Assembly: GCF_004010195.1 (NCBI RefSeq)
Contig: NC_057752.1
Location: 13,485,426-13,549,425, forward strand
Reading direction: 5' to 3'
DNA from: Chiloscyllium plagiosum
Taxonomy: Eukaryota
Length of the DNA stretch: 64,000 nt
Under the pieces are notes generated by a model. That model saw only the letters and a program-made list of their open reading frames with translations, had not been told where the DNA came from and did no database searches. Each line of letters starts with the position of its first letter. Position 1 is the stretch's first letter. Positions 25,363-38,460 of the stretch are shown here, piece by piece. Both the position numbers and the translations under genes were made by a program.

Positions 25363-28034
25363 TGATTGATTGAAAGGTTCTTGCACTTGGGGAGATACTC
25401 AAGGGGCATTAATAGAAAAGTAGATTCCTGACCAAAGGTCTGAGCAATGGCTTGGAGATCTCCGGCATGAGAAACGATTAGATGCAAGTCCCTAATAGTA
25501 AGCCTCTTACTATCGAGACGTGTGTTCAAATCCCACCACAGCAGTTGTTGAGGCTGAAATTCAATTCACAAATCTGAAAAATGAAACAAATCTTGGTAAT
25601 TCTGACCTTGAACCATATTGTTAGAAACCCATCTGATTCACTCATGCCTACTGGAATAGATACTGAATAAGATAAGAGGCCAGGGTGTTGGGACCAGTAT
25701 ATAAGCATGGATAGAGGTTTGGCTAACCAGTAGAAGACAGAGAGTTGGGATAAGGGACACACTTTCATGATGGCAACCTGTAACTGATGGAGTCCCACAG
25801 GCATCTGCAGTGGGGCCACAGTGACACTCCATCTTTGATGAGGAAAGTAAATATACTGTAACAGCATGCTTATGGAAAGCACAAAAATAAGTGGAAGTCG
25901 AGTGGTAAGGATGAAACACAGCAGTAGGTTAACAGGCAGGTTAAGTGAGTGGGCAAAAACCTGGCAGATCAGATGGAATATAATGTGAGAAAACATGAAG
26001 TTATGCACTTTAGCAGGAAGAATAGAGGAGCTGAATATTATTTAAATGGAGAAAGACTGCAGAAAGCTACAGAGCAGAGAGATTTGGGAATCCTCATCCA
26101 TGAATCACAAAAAGCTAGCATCCAAATCCAGCGGGGAATAGGGAAGGCCAAGGGAATGTTGCTCTTTATTCCAAAGGGAATGGAGTATAAAACTCAGGAG
26201 GATTTGCTAAAACTATACAAGACACCAGTCAGACCACAGTGGGAATACTGTGAACAGTTTTGGGTCCCCTTACCTGAGGAAAGACAGACGGACAATGGAG
26301 GCAGCCCAGAGAAGGTCCACTCGGCTGATCCCGGGTATGGAGGGACTGTCCCATGAGGAGAGGTTGAGGAGGTTGGGCCTGGACTCATTGGGGTTTAGAA
26401 GAATGAGAGGTGACCTTATTGTAACATCCAGGATTCCCTGGGGGACTTGACAGGGGGGATTGTGGAGAGGTTGTTTCCCCTTGTGGGAGAGAGTCTAGGA
26501 CCAGAGGGTACAATCTCAGAATAAGGGGTCACCCATTGCAGACAGAGATGAGGAGGAATTTCTTCTCTCAGAGGGGAGTGAATCGGTGTAATTCTTTCCC
26601 ACAGAGGGCTGTCGTGGCTGGGTCAGTGAGTATATTCAAGGCTGAGACAGAGAGATGTTTAATCAGGAAGGGGAATGGAGGGGTGATGGGGAAAAGGCAG
26701 GAGAGTGGAGTTGGGGATTATTTTTCTTTGTTCACCTGTATGACGGTGCTGGGCCCAGCATTTATTGCCCATCCCTAGTTGCCCCCTTGAGAAGGTGGGG
26801 GTGAGCTGCCTTCTTGAACCGCTGCAGTCCATGTGCTGTAGGTAGACCCACAATGCCCTGAGGGAGGGAATTCCTGGATTTTGACCCAGTGACACTGAAG
26901 GATTGTCAGATCAGCGACAATCTCATTGAATAGCATAGCTGACACACTGGGCTGAATGGCCTTCTTCAATTCCTACATCTCATGGTTATCGCTGTCAACT
27001 CCACACTGCAAAGTACCAATACTATGAGGCGGGCTGGAAACTCAGCATTGGATACAGCAAAAGGACAGGGCTATAAACCAAAACACCAACCATGGAGCAC
27101 ACCATGACTCAGAGAGTTAATAAAAGCCCAGTAATTTTAGCATCATGCGAGGTGGGCAGCTAATCCCTATTTGCAGAAGCTGGGAAGTTCCACACCCAGA
27201 CTGACAGAACAGACTAAAATTATATACACACTGAATAATGTATCAAAGCACTGAGACACAGATACTGAGAGTGTGGTGTGTGAAAAACATGAAGTACAGA
27301 ATCAGTTCACATGAAATAAAAATATCCTTTTGCGACCATATTAGAGTCCAATGTGCGTGGCCATTGGTGGAGTTTAGGAATCACAAAACTCTTCCCCACC
27401 TACTCTTGCATGTGCAAACATACAGAAATGATTATGAGCTTAAAGCCTTCCTTAATCAAAAGGGACATTGCAATTGCCTCTTTCATTAAACTTAATTGCA
27501 GATATTAATTACACTACCACAGATACTCTCCTGGGATATGGGTGTCTCTGGCAAGGCCATTATTTCTTACCTATCCCTAACTTTGCTTGAACTGAGTGGC
27601 TTGCTCACCCCCACAACCTTCGAATCTCTTCCTGATTACAAATCCCTCTGTCTCAGCCTTGAGTACACTTACTGACCCAGCCCCGACAGCCCTCTGTGGG
27701 AAAGACTTCCACAGACTCACTCCCCTCTGAGGGAAGAAATTCCTCCTCATCTCTGACTGCAATGGGTGACCCCTTATTCTGAGATTGTAACCTTGGGTCT
27801 GAGGCTCTCCCATGAGGGGAAATAGCTCCTTTTGAATTTCAGAGTGTTCAATTCCCAATGCAAGTTTGCCTTGCAACGTCAATCAACAAAGCACAAGGTC
27901 CGGGCTGCAAAGCGACTATCAATCATTCAAAACGGTGGCAATCTGCTCATCAAACTGTATCACACTTCATGGCCAAACACCACCTTGATGAGGCAGCAGA
28001 GGAGGAAAAAAGAGGAGTTAAGTCCTAAATAAAA

Positions 28035-28650
28035 AAACCGAAAGACCTGCGGATCCTCAGAACTAATGGTAGCTCAGAAAATGTTGAAGTTTAGGCAGAA
28101 GAGAGGGTGGGGCGGAGGGGTAAGGACTAAACAATAGGTGGGGATAGATCCCAAAGAGAGAGAAGAACAGTTGGACAAAGGAGAGGATGACGATCTGGCT
28201 GGGAGGGTGAATAGATGTTAATGGAGACTGTTAGTGGCTAACAATGGGCTGTGTGTAATAGCAGACCATGCGGTAACAAGGCATGGCGTGTGGTGGGAGT
28301 TGAGGTAAGGACATGGGAGTACTAAAGCCTTAAAGTTATCGAACTCAATATGGCGTCCAGAGGGCTGCAGGGTCCCCCAAGCAGAATTGAGGTGCTGTTC
28401 TTCCAGCTTGCACTGAGCATCGCTGGAGCACTGCAGCAAGCCTGAGACAGAGCTGTTGGCCAGGGATCAGGGTGGGGTGTTAAAGTGACAGGCAACTGGA
28501 AGCTCAGGGTCTTGTCTGTGGGCAGAAGCGGAGTCCCAGTCTGCGTTTTGGCTCCCCGCTGTAGAGGAGAGCACATTGTGAGCAGCGAGTGCAGCAGGCT
28601 AGATTGTGGGAAGTACAGGTAAAGTGCTGCTTCATTTGGAAGGGGTGTTA
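28035..28650 (-). mobile_element. Penelope-like (Neptune-type) GIY-YIG 3' region and tail, decayed
   Basis: CSSDAQCKLEEQHL...GTLQPSG..IEF.NF, a typical PLE endonuclease C-terminus. Confidence 0.7.
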
Positions 28651-29329
28651 GGCCCTTAAGTTCACCAGATCCCACCACTTCATGGGATGTGCAGTGCCAA
28701 ATGTGTGGTCTGTGTGGTGAGAATCATCCTGCTCAGTCACATAAAAACCCACAGCAGAAACTCATCACCCTGAGTAGACGTCAGCCTTGAATCGAAGGAC
28801 AGCCAATGATGAATAATTTTGCGTCAGTCAACTTATTTGTGTTTCATATTTTACAGGACTAAAATGATTAATTAATTATGTGGAAGTAGGTAATTCAGTG
28901 AATTCTCAAACAGGAGTTGTTGGATATTCCATATGTGTATGCTGCAAGCCTCTTACGACTTGATAAAAGCAGTTTGTTTTATCTTAATTTGAATTTTATT
29001 TCCCAGATGAAGCTCATAACTTAATAACATCGACTATTTACAGCCAAATCATGTCGTGTGGAAATTGTCACATAAGGCAATGGTTCTGAAAGGGTTAATG
29101 TTGAAGACTGCATTAACTCCGCCCATTCTGATGATACCACACCAACTTAGGTAGGGGGTAGGATCTTGTGGAATCCCATGGTCTCCTCATAGTCTTAGCA
29201 ACAAGGTCTAGTGTTATTTCTAACCAATCTCTTTGGACGTGGTATCTCTGGGGCAGGTGGAACTTGAACTCAGATCTTCTGGCTCTCATGTAGGGACATT
29301 ACTACTCCAACACAAGACCCTACTAACAA

Positions 29330-29740
29330 AGTTTGGGAGAAGATTTGTAGCTCGGGTGCTTGTTGTTGTGGTTCTGTTCGCCGAGCTGGGAATTTGTGTT
29401 GCAGACGTTTTGTCCCCTGTCTAGGTGACATCCTCAGAAGTAGGTGACGCTACTATTATAGGACAAGCCAAACAGAGAACAGCCAGGGAATTCCTAGAGG
29501 CATGGCACTCATCCACAGATTCGATCAATAAGCACATCGACCTGGACCCAATATTCCGGCCACTACAGTGGACAGCTGAAACAGACAACCGGAAGCAGCA
29601 GGGACAGGCCACTATAAATGCCGGAGGAAAGATCACAGAAGCGCTTCACAGGAGGCTCCCAAGCACTGAGGATGTCACCTAGACAGGGGACGAAACGTCT
29701 GCGACACAAATTCCCAGCTCGGCGAACAGAACCACAACCA
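29330..29740 (+). mobile_element. Penelope-like insertion (family C): inverted pLTR, GIY-YIG C-terminus and direct pLTR, with a 9-bp TSD
   Basis: IIGQAKQRTAREFLEAWHSSTDSINKHIDLDPIF; ~29356-29438 is the reverse complement of ~29666-29738; tactaacaa at 29321-29329 and 29741-29749. Confidence 0.9.
29663..29702 (+). ncRNA. Minimal type I hammerhead ribozyme motif (family C)
   Basis: GCA CUGAGGA U GUCACCU-AGAC-AGGGGAC GAAA CGUC UGC: stem I GCA/UGC, 6 of 7 pairs in stem II, GUC triplet. Confidence 0.75.
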
Positions 29741-29759
29741 TACTAACAAGGTCAGAAGC

Positions 29760-30322
29760 TGTGGGTGGCATGGTGGCTCAGTGGTTAGCCCTGCTGCCTC
29801 AGCGTGTTAGTGGCTTGGGTTCAATTCCACCCTTGGATGACCATCTGTGTGGAGTCTGCACATTCTCCATGTGCCCGGGTGCTCCGGTTTCCTCCCACAG
29901 TCCAAAGATGTTCAGGTTAGGTGGATTGGCCAGCGTTGATCATGGAAGGTTGGTGTGGACTCAATGGGCCAAATGGCCTGCTTTCCACACTGTAGGGATT
30001 CCACATTTTAACTCATTGATATCATGCAATAAAAATACTTTCTCAGACAAATGTTACTCCTTGTTAAGGCTCACCAGTGTTTTTGTTTTAAATATAGAAT
30101 CCCTACAGTGCACAAAGAGACCATTCAGGCCATCAAGTCGACACCAACTCTCCTAAAGGTCATCCCCACCCCCATAATTAGAATGGCCAATCCACCCTAA
30201 CCCTCATATTTTTGGGCTGTGGGAGGAAACCCACACAGACATGGGGAGAACATGTAAACTCTATGCAGAGGGTCCCTGGTGGTGGGAGGCAACAGCACTA
30301 ACCACTGGGCCACCATGCCACT
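29760..30322. mobile_element. Two decayed HE1-like SINEs in opposite orientation (29760-30000 +, 30095-30322 -)
   Basis: tRNA heads and V-domain remnants. Confidence 0.75.
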
Positions 30323-31599
30323 GCAAACCAAAGGGGTGATTCTTAAACTGAGTCAAAGAACAAGGATGGTGGTAGCATCCCTCATCTGAAAAATACTGTG
30401 GGAATCACTCCCAGGCATTTGTAATCAGTGAATGATGGGTGGGGACAATGGTTCAATGTACATAATGTGGAGGCAGCATTACAAGGACATAAAGGTAAAG
30501 TTACCATAGTCAGACCCATTAGAGAGAGTTGGCAGGTGGTGGTTTAACCTGAGGGTCACCATGCCTCAGGCGAGGGGAGAGGTTGAGGAGCGTCCGTCAC
30601 AGTAACCACAGGCAGTGTGGGAATTGAACCCACGCTATTAGCGTCACAAACCAACCAACTGAGCTAATCAGCCACCTGATAGGGCCACACACAGCACACA
30701 GGCAGGCCTGATAGAACCATTTCTTGTGGGCACCTCCTACCACAGAAATGATTTTAAATGATATTGATGTTTAACCAATGAGATGGTAGGGTGGTCCTTT
30801 GGTTAGAGACAGAAAGAACTGCAGATGCTGGAATCCAAAACAGACGGCAGGAGGCTGGGAGAACACAGCAAGCCAGGCAGTATCAGGGGGTGGAGAAGTT
30901 GACATTTTGGGTGTAACCCTTCCAGCCTTCTGTCTGTCTATTTAGGTCATTTGGGGTTGCCGAATCTTCAGTGCTTTAGACGTTCTGGAGGTTAAAGGCA
31001 CTACATAAATGCAAGTTATTGTTACGATTACAAACACTGCAAAATTATTGCTGGGATTGCTAATAAGTCAAATACAAATTATGAGATCCAATTATGTTTA
31101 TTAAGTACAGTAGGCAGTACACTAAACACAATCCAATCTATGCCAGAAGTATTTTACCGCTGTTTATTCTGAATCGAAAGATGGATTTTCTTCAGATTAG
31201 TTTGACACATCCTCAATAACAGACTTTGTCAAATGAGAAAGAAAGCTGTCTTCACCAGCAAGGAGGTCTTTTCTTCAGGGATGGTGTTCTTTATATGTCT
31301 GACACTGACTGAATGCCTCTCTTCTGTTTTGTGAGTAAAAAGGATGCGAAACTAGAAAAATACACAGGAGGGCCTATTCCAGATTTGTTTTGTCAGATGG
31401 TTCAGTGCCTCGAACATGAACTGACCTACTGATTATATAAATAGGATAATAACAGAGTTCGACAGTTTGGCAGCTGCCTGAGGCTTCCCACAATGCCTTT
31501 TTGCTGCTAAAAGGAGCACTACCCAATTCACCTTGAATTGTAAGCAGGTCAATTGTGCTTTTTTAAGAGTGTCATTAACAGTAACAGGACCTTTTCTTT

Positions 31600-32810
31600 A
31601 TTCAGTCAGGGGAGGCGGACATCACTGGCTGGGCCCGTCCCTAATTGCCCCCTTGAGAAGGTGGGGGTGAGCTGCCATCTTGAATCGCTACAGTCCATGT
31701 GCTGTGGGTTGACCCACAATGCCCTGAGGGAGGAAATTCCAGGATTTTGACCCAGTGACACTGAAGGAACGGCGATATATTTCCAAGTCAGGATGGTGTG
31801 GGGCTCGGAGGGGAACCCCCCACCCTTGTCCTTCTCGATGGAAGTGGTGGTGGGTTTGGAAGGTGCTGTCTGAGGATCTTTGGTGAATTCCTGCAGTGCC
31901 TCTTGTAGATGGTACACACTGCTGCTACTGAGCGTCGGTTGGGGAGGGAGTAGATGTTTGTGGATGTGGTGCCAATCAAGCGGCTGCTTTGTCCTGGATG
32001 GTGTTGAGCTTCTTGAGTGTTGTTGGAGCTGCCCCAATCCAGGGGCAAGTGGGGAGTATTCCATCACCCTCCTGACTTGTGCCTTGTAGATGGTGGGACA
32101 GGCTTTGGGGAGACAGGAGGGGAGTTACTTGCTGCAGGATTCCTAATCTTTCCTCTGCTCTTGTAGCCACTGTATTTGTATGGCTGGTCCAGTTGAGTTC
32201 CTGGTCAATGGTAACCTCCAAGGTGTTGATAATGGGGGATTCCGTGATGGTAACACCATTGAATGTCAAGGGTCAGTAGTTAGGTTGTCTGTTATTGGAG
32301 ATAGTGATAATCTGGCATATCTGTAGTGTGAATGTTACTTGCCACTTGTCAGCCCAAGTCAGAATATTGTCCAGATCTTGTTGCAGTTGAACATGAACTG
32401 CTTCAGTATCTGTGGAGTCACGAATCATGCTGGATATTGTGCAATCATCAGTGAACATCCCCCACTTCTGACCTTATGATGGAGGGAAGGTCATTGATGA
32501 AGCAGCTGAAGATGGTTGGCCCAGGACACTACTCTGAGGGACTCCTGCAGAGATGTCCTGGAGCTGAGATGACTGACCTCCACCAACCACAACCATCTTC
32601 CTATGTGCCAGGTATGACTCCAACCAGCAGCGAGTTTAGCTCCTGATATCCGATGATTCCAGGTTTGGGTGGGCTCCTTGAAGCCACACTCGATCGAATG
32701 ATATCAAGGGCTGTCGCTCTCACCTCCCCTCTGGAATTCAGGTCTTTTTCCATGTTCAATCCAAGGCTGTAATGAGGTCAGGAGCTGAGTGGACCTGGCT
32801 GAACGCAGTC
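31600..32810 (-). mobile_element. Second LINE family (CR1/L2 group), RT C-terminal half and tail
   Basis: MFTDDCTI, LQQDLDNILTWADKWQVTF and TTLKKLNTIQDKAA. Confidence 0.88.
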
Positions 32811-33564
32811 TGTTCCCAAACTGAGACTCATTTTATTAAAACCCTTGAAAGTGAATGTTGAACTTTGGATTCTGAAATCAGATGTTGCACAACACATTGA
32901 CTAGTTGTGAGATCATAATAACTGCCAGTAAATTTGCCCTTGACCACATTGAGATCATGGAAAAGTTAAATGACAAGACTGCGTTCCTGCTGATGGTTAT
33001 CCTTACTGTTTTATTGGTTCCTCGAGGGCATTACAATTTTGGATCTTGCACATTAATATAACATTCCATTCTCTCATTACTTCGGACCCTTAAGATATAT
33101 TTTTAGACAGGAACAGTGATTGGACTTATCATGGTTGCAATAACTGTAACACGAAAGGCCAATTTTAACACTGAACCCAGCTCAGGCTCATCAGCTACGA
33201 GTTTCCTCTCTTGACTGGCTTTAAGGGCCTCAGTAAAAGGAGGGTTTAGTAGTCTCAGTGTCGTTCAGAATAAGTAATAACTCTGACATTCTCCATAAAT
33301 CTGGGATATAAAGCTAGCCTCCATCATGATGACCAAGGTAGCGATCATCATTGGTTGGGAAAATGCAGCGAGGGAAGAAAATCTGACATCTTTTCCCAGT
33401 CTGGCCTACACGTGACTCCAGACCCCCACCCCCACACAGCCAATGTGGCTAACTCTTTAAATGCCCTCTGAAATGGCCAAGCAAGTTACTCAGTTGCATC
33501 AACAATGCAACAAGGTAAAACAGGAGAGACTGTTCTATTTCAGAAAGCCAAATGGTGAGGAATA

Positions 33565-33770
33565 GAGACAAAACACAGAAATTACTGGAGGAACTCAGCA
33601 GGTCTGGCACCATCTGTGGAGAGAGAAATAAGACGAAATGTTTGCAACAAAAACTTCCAGCTCGGCGAACAGAACCACAGCAACGAGCACCCGAGCTACA
33701 AATCTTCACACAAACTTTGAAGAGAAATAAGAGTGAAGATTTCAAGTCCAGTGGTCCGTCATCAGAAAAG
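33565..33770. mobile_element. Family C pLTR fragment (33634-33720, +) inserted into a family B pLTR (-), with a 12-bp TSD
   Basis: agagaaataaga at 33622-33633 and 33721-33732. Confidence 0.75.
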
Positions 33771-34022
33771 AAAAATAAACATAGAATTCACACCCATTTT
33801 TACATCTTTTTCTTTTTCACCTCCATTAACAATCCCTTTTCCTTCACCAGTATAAAAGAGATATTTTCCAACACGTTGCAGTTCTGAAGGAGTCATACTG
33901 GTCTCAAAACAGAGCACTGTGAACAGGAATCTCTGTTTACACAGGAAAGTTCTTCAGCAGTGTTGAAACATGAGGATAAATGAGAGCCGAGAGATTGACA
34001 ATGTCAGGTGTTAAAGTTGACA

Positions 34023-34122
34023 GCTGAAAATGTGTTGCTGGAAAAGCGCAGCAGGTCAGGCAGCATCCAAGGAGCAGGAGAATCGACGTTTCGGGCATAA
34101 GCCCTTCTTCAGGATGCCTTCC
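34023..34122 (-). mobile_element. 100-bp Penelope-like family A insertion with an intact hammerhead core and a 14-bp TSD
   Basis: tgttaaagttgaca at 34009-34022 and 34123-34136; minus strand reads atc CTGAAGA a gggc ttat gccc GAAA cGTC gat. Confidence 0.85.
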
Positions 34123-35084
34123 TGTTAAAGTTGACATCCCTGTTATCTCATTTTGAGATGATTTCTGATTCAATCTTCGCAGTTCTGATTGCAAATCGTC
34201 CAGTGAACGTAGCCGCCGCTGAAGAGATCTTGGGGGATTCTTCACGGTCCTTAGGTGAGTCTTTTGAAGAAGTGAATCCTTACACTTCCTGATGACTCCC
34301 CCCATCTCCACAGCATAAGAATCTCCAGTTCCCACTGTCTTTCTGTTGCAATGGAATAATGAGAGCTCTGAGCTCTCCACCAGCCTTTCTTCCTCAGATC
34401 TTCTCAACACCAGTGAGTAACGTGAAAGAGGTAAAATTAAAAGGCATCCAGTTCAGCAAAATGTCTTCATCCTGATACGGCAGCCACCTGCCAGTGCTAT
34501 TGCAATTAAGGTTAGCAAAGTAGACACCAACAACATGGCTTCAATTCCCACATCCAGCTGGGGTTACCATGAAGGACCCTCCTTCTCAACCTTACACTGA
34601 TGAAAGGCTTATGCCCGAAACGTTGATTCTCCTGCTCCTCGGATGCTGCATGACCTGCTGTGCTTTTCCAGCACCACTCTCTCGACACTGAGGTGTGGAA
34701 ACCCTCAGGTTAAACCACCATCATTCATCGCTGTTGAACGAGACAGTACGACCTTTGGGTGATATTGTTATTACTCCAACTCTTTTGGTTTCAGCTGCTG
34801 GAAGTGTAGTTCCAAAATCAGCATTCAGGCAATCCCACTCAGTTTTGAATGGCTTGCTCAGTTAGAATGGAGAAATCTTGAACTAGTGCATGATCACTTT
34901 TAGCAGTGGGACGGGGGCTGGTATGGACAGAGGTGGGAGATGAAGGATTGATCAGTGTGGAAATAGTTCCAATCTTAAGCAAAATACTTAGGTTAAATGT
35001 TTCATATTAAGGAAGTATTTTTAGGAGGTTGTGGAAGGGTTTAATACATACACAATCTTCTGAAGATCAACTGTGGTGTCTCCT

Positions 35085-37020
35085 GATACAGTTGTACGGA
35101 AACAGACCCTTCGGTCTGACCAGTCCATACCGACCCTAATCCCAAACTAAACTAGTCCCACCTGCCCGCCCTTGGCCCATCTCCCTCCAAACCTTTCCTA
35201 TTCATGTCCTGATCCAAATGTCCTTTAAACATTGTAACTGTCCCCACATCCACCACTTCCTCAGGAAGGTCATTCCGCACATGAACCACTCTCTGTGTAA
35301 AATAATTGCCCTCAGGTTTTTTTTAAATCTCTCACCTTAAAAACATGCCCCCGAGTCTCAAATTTCCCACCCTTGGGAAAAGACACCTGTCATTTACCTT
35401 ATCTGTACCCCTCATGATTTTATAAACCTCGATAAGGTCATCCCTCAACTTCCTATACTCCAGGGAAAGAAGTCCCAGCCTATCCTTATAACTCAAACCC
35501 TCTATTCCCTTCAACATCCTGATAAATCTCTTCTGAAATCGCAGAAGATGCAACACTCGCCTAGTCACCTCCTCACTGCCCCAAAACGCACCTTCCGGGT
35601 AAAGCAGAATTTCATTTGTACTCTTTTTAGTCTAGTCTAAGGCATTTGCTGCTCTCAATGTGGTCTCCTTTACAAATGTCAGACAAAATGTGGATTTGGT
35701 GACCGCTTTGCAGAACACCCCTTCTGCCATTTGGAACGACCCCGACCTCCCAGTTGGTTGCTATTTCCATAAACCACCTTGCTCTCTCAAGGCGAGCATA
35801 CTGAATGGCTTGGACAGAGTGGATGTTGGGAAGATGGTTCCATTGGTAGGAGAGACTAGGACCGGAGGGCACAGCCTCAGAGTAAAGGGAAGACCTTTTA
35901 GAATGGAGATAAGGAGAAACTTCTTCAGCCAGAGAGTGGGGAATCATTGCCACAGAAGGCTGTGGAGGCCAGGTCATTGAGTATACTTAAGGTTCTTGAT
36001 TGTCAAGGAGATGAAAGGTTACAGGGAGAAAATGGAAGGATGGGGTTGAGAAACGTATCAGCCATGATTGAATGGTGGAGCAGACTGGATGGGCTGAATG
36101 GCCTAATTTCTGCTCCTGTGTCTTATGGCTAACATCTCCATCTGGGTTTCCTACAGTGTTCCAACAAAGCTCAATGCAAACTCAAGGAACAGCATCTCAG
36201 ACATGTTACAACTTTCAGGACTCAACATGAAGTTCAACAACTTCGGGCCCAAAGCACCATTTTGAAATTTATGCCCCTCTCTGCTTTCAGTCAGAGCTCA
36301 TCTTTACTGTCATAGAGTCATACAGCATAGAGTCAACAGACCCTTCAGTCCAACCAGTCCATGCCGACCCTCATTCTAAACTAAACAAGTCCCTGCTCCT
36401 GGTTCATATCCTTCAAACCTTTCCTATTCCTGCACTTATCCAAATGTCTTTTAAACGTTGAAACTATACCCACATCCACCACTCTCTGTGTAAAAAAATT
36501 GCCCATATCTTTTTTAACTCTTTCTCCTCTCACCTTAAATATGTCCCCTAGTCTTGGAAATTCCCCCGCCCTAGGGAAAAGACACCTGCCATCCACCTTA
36601 TCCATATCCCTCATGATTTTATAAACCTCGATAGAGTCACCTCTCAACCTCCTATGCTCCAGTGAAAAAACTCCCAGCCTTTCTTTACAACTCAAAAACC
36701 TCCATCCCGGCATTTTCTTGGTAATTTTTTTTCTGAACCCTCTCCAGTTTAATAATATCCTTCCTGTAACAGGGCGACCAGAACTGGACACAGTTCTCCA
36801 GAAGAGGCCTCACCAATGTCCTGAACAACCTCAACATGACGTCCCAACTCCTACACTCAAAGGACTGAGCAATGAAGGCCAGTGTGCTACACACCTTCTT
36901 AACCCCCCCGTCTATATGTGATACAAACTTCAAAGGATGATGTACCTGCACCCGAAGGTCTCTCTTTTCTACAACACTACCCAGGGCCCTGCTTTTAATT
37001 GTCTAAGTCCTGCCCTTGTC
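35085..37020. mobile_element. Cluster: CR1 3' fragments (35085-35535 -, 36310-37020 -) flanking a Neptune-type PLE GIY-YIG remnant (35540-36260 +) split by a CR1 piece
   Basis: PLE frame reads ICCSQCGLLY..QTK..FGDRFAEH and later AQCKLKEQHL; CR1 motifs as elsewhere. Confidence 0.75.
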
Positions 37021-37784
37021 TCATGTTCTATAACGCCTTTGATTGCCAATCTCTTTGAGCCTTTCCCTGACCTGCCCTCTTCTTCAGCTTACCCTTTTTA
37101 ACAGCACAAAACCCAGCGCTCTTCCACCTCTCCTCAGTTCTGAAGAACTGTAATGCTGGACTCGAAACTTCAAGGCTGAATTTCGGTCCACAGATACTGC
37201 CATACCTGCTGGGTTTCACCAGCACTGTCTCGGTTTTCAATTGCTGCTTTTACTTCCTATTCCTGCTGAGGGAAAAAAACAAAGGTGACTCTTTTCTCCT
37301 TTGATCTGCGTGCTGAGGTACCTAGATGTGGGAATTTCACTGGCGGGAGTGGAGTCTTAAAAAGGTGAATAGCACTAGCCACCAGCTGAGCTGTAGCTCA
37401 GGATGGCTGCCGTACGTGCATACAGAAAGAGGCCCTTCGGCCCATTGAGTCTGCACTGCTCTTCTGAAGGGTGTCCCAACCGGATGCACCCTATACCCAT
37501 AAGCAAAAAATTCAGCTGGCTATCCTGCTGATTGGTGCCCTTGAGAAAACATAACCAGGTTGGTAACTTCCCGAAGATACACGGCTTGAGGAATTTTTGT
37601 GTGTCAGCACAAAACTGCTGGGATTGATTATTAAAAGGGCTTGATGTTCAATCATGCTTGTTTCCATGTGTTGCTGAAATTTCTTTCAATTTACTATTCA
37701 TAATTTAAAAAAGCACCTCATTACAGAACTAGAAAGGAATACAGCATGATTGCAATCACAGTGCAACAGATAATTACATAAGCA

Positions 37785-37960
37785 TAAACCAAAAGAACTG
37801 CGGTTGCTGGAAATCCGAAATAGAAAGTGCCGGAAAAGCTCGGCAGGTCTGGCAGCATCTGCAGAGAGAAATCAGAGCTAAGCGTGAAGCGTAAACTCTG
37901 ATTTCTCTTCACAGATACTGCCAGACCTGATGAGCTTTTCCAGCAATCTCTGTTTCTTTT
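37785..37960. repeat. Imperfect inverted pair of family B pLTR fragments downstream of the copy A stop; family B pieces also near 870-1000, 3935-4075, 10900-11080, 16790-16900, 17955-18050, 37135-37240, 44165-44265, 56825-56935 and 59645-59705
   Basis: gcaggtctggcagcatctgcagagagaaatcagag followed by ctctgatttctcttcacagatactgccagacctg. Confidence 0.7.
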
Positions 37961-38242
37961 AAACAGACAACTACGGTTGATTTAAGCTGCGAAGTCAAAA
38001 TCAAGGGCCTAAAGTTGCAGGACGTGGTCCAGTTTGGAAACAGCAGGAGGGAAGACAAGATCCATCTCGAAGCAACAGTTTGTTGGAGATCTCAAGCAAA
38101 GTCAAGGAGTTCCAGGATTTTTGAAGAAAGACTGATTTCAGAATCTGAGGTGCAGGTCTTAAGTAGAACTGAGGTAAACCTATTGTTGCAGACCTGATCA
38201 CTCAAGTTATTTGCATTTAAAAACGGTCTAAACAGCAGCCCC

Positions 38243-38460
38243 TCAGCTGCTCCTGATGCATTTAAGTCGGTTTTTGAAATAAAAAAGTTTGTTCTGTAAG
38301 TTGCTGTCTGTCTCCGAAGCCTGGATGTAACGCAATCTTTGGTAAAGTATCTCATTTTGAGTTTTCTTTGTCCAAGGCATGGTGATTTTCGAGGCGTGAT
38401 CGATCATGACATCACTGCAGGAGCCAACATGGAGTTGGCCCAAACCGTCCACAAAGAATT
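38243..38460 (-). CDS. B4GALNT1: B4GALNT1-like copy A, terminal coding exon: (E)FFVDGLGQLHVGSCSDVMIDHASK...LFYFKNRLKCIRSS*
   Basis: Acceptor ctttcgctccag and TGA stop at 38243-38245. Matches the B4GALNT1 C-terminus EFF.DGLG.L.VGSCSDV..DHASK...FK.RL.C. Confidence 0.96.

Noticed and set aside
14940..33500. Candidate minus-strand exons for copy B (~16985-17045, ~17490-17545, ~24175-24298)
   Set aside because: Splice-like signals are present but the translations do not resemble B4GALNT or any protein I recognise.
33937..34410. 157-aa minus-strand ORF
   Set aside because: It runs through a PLE insertion, has no recognisable domain and shows no B4GALNT similarity.
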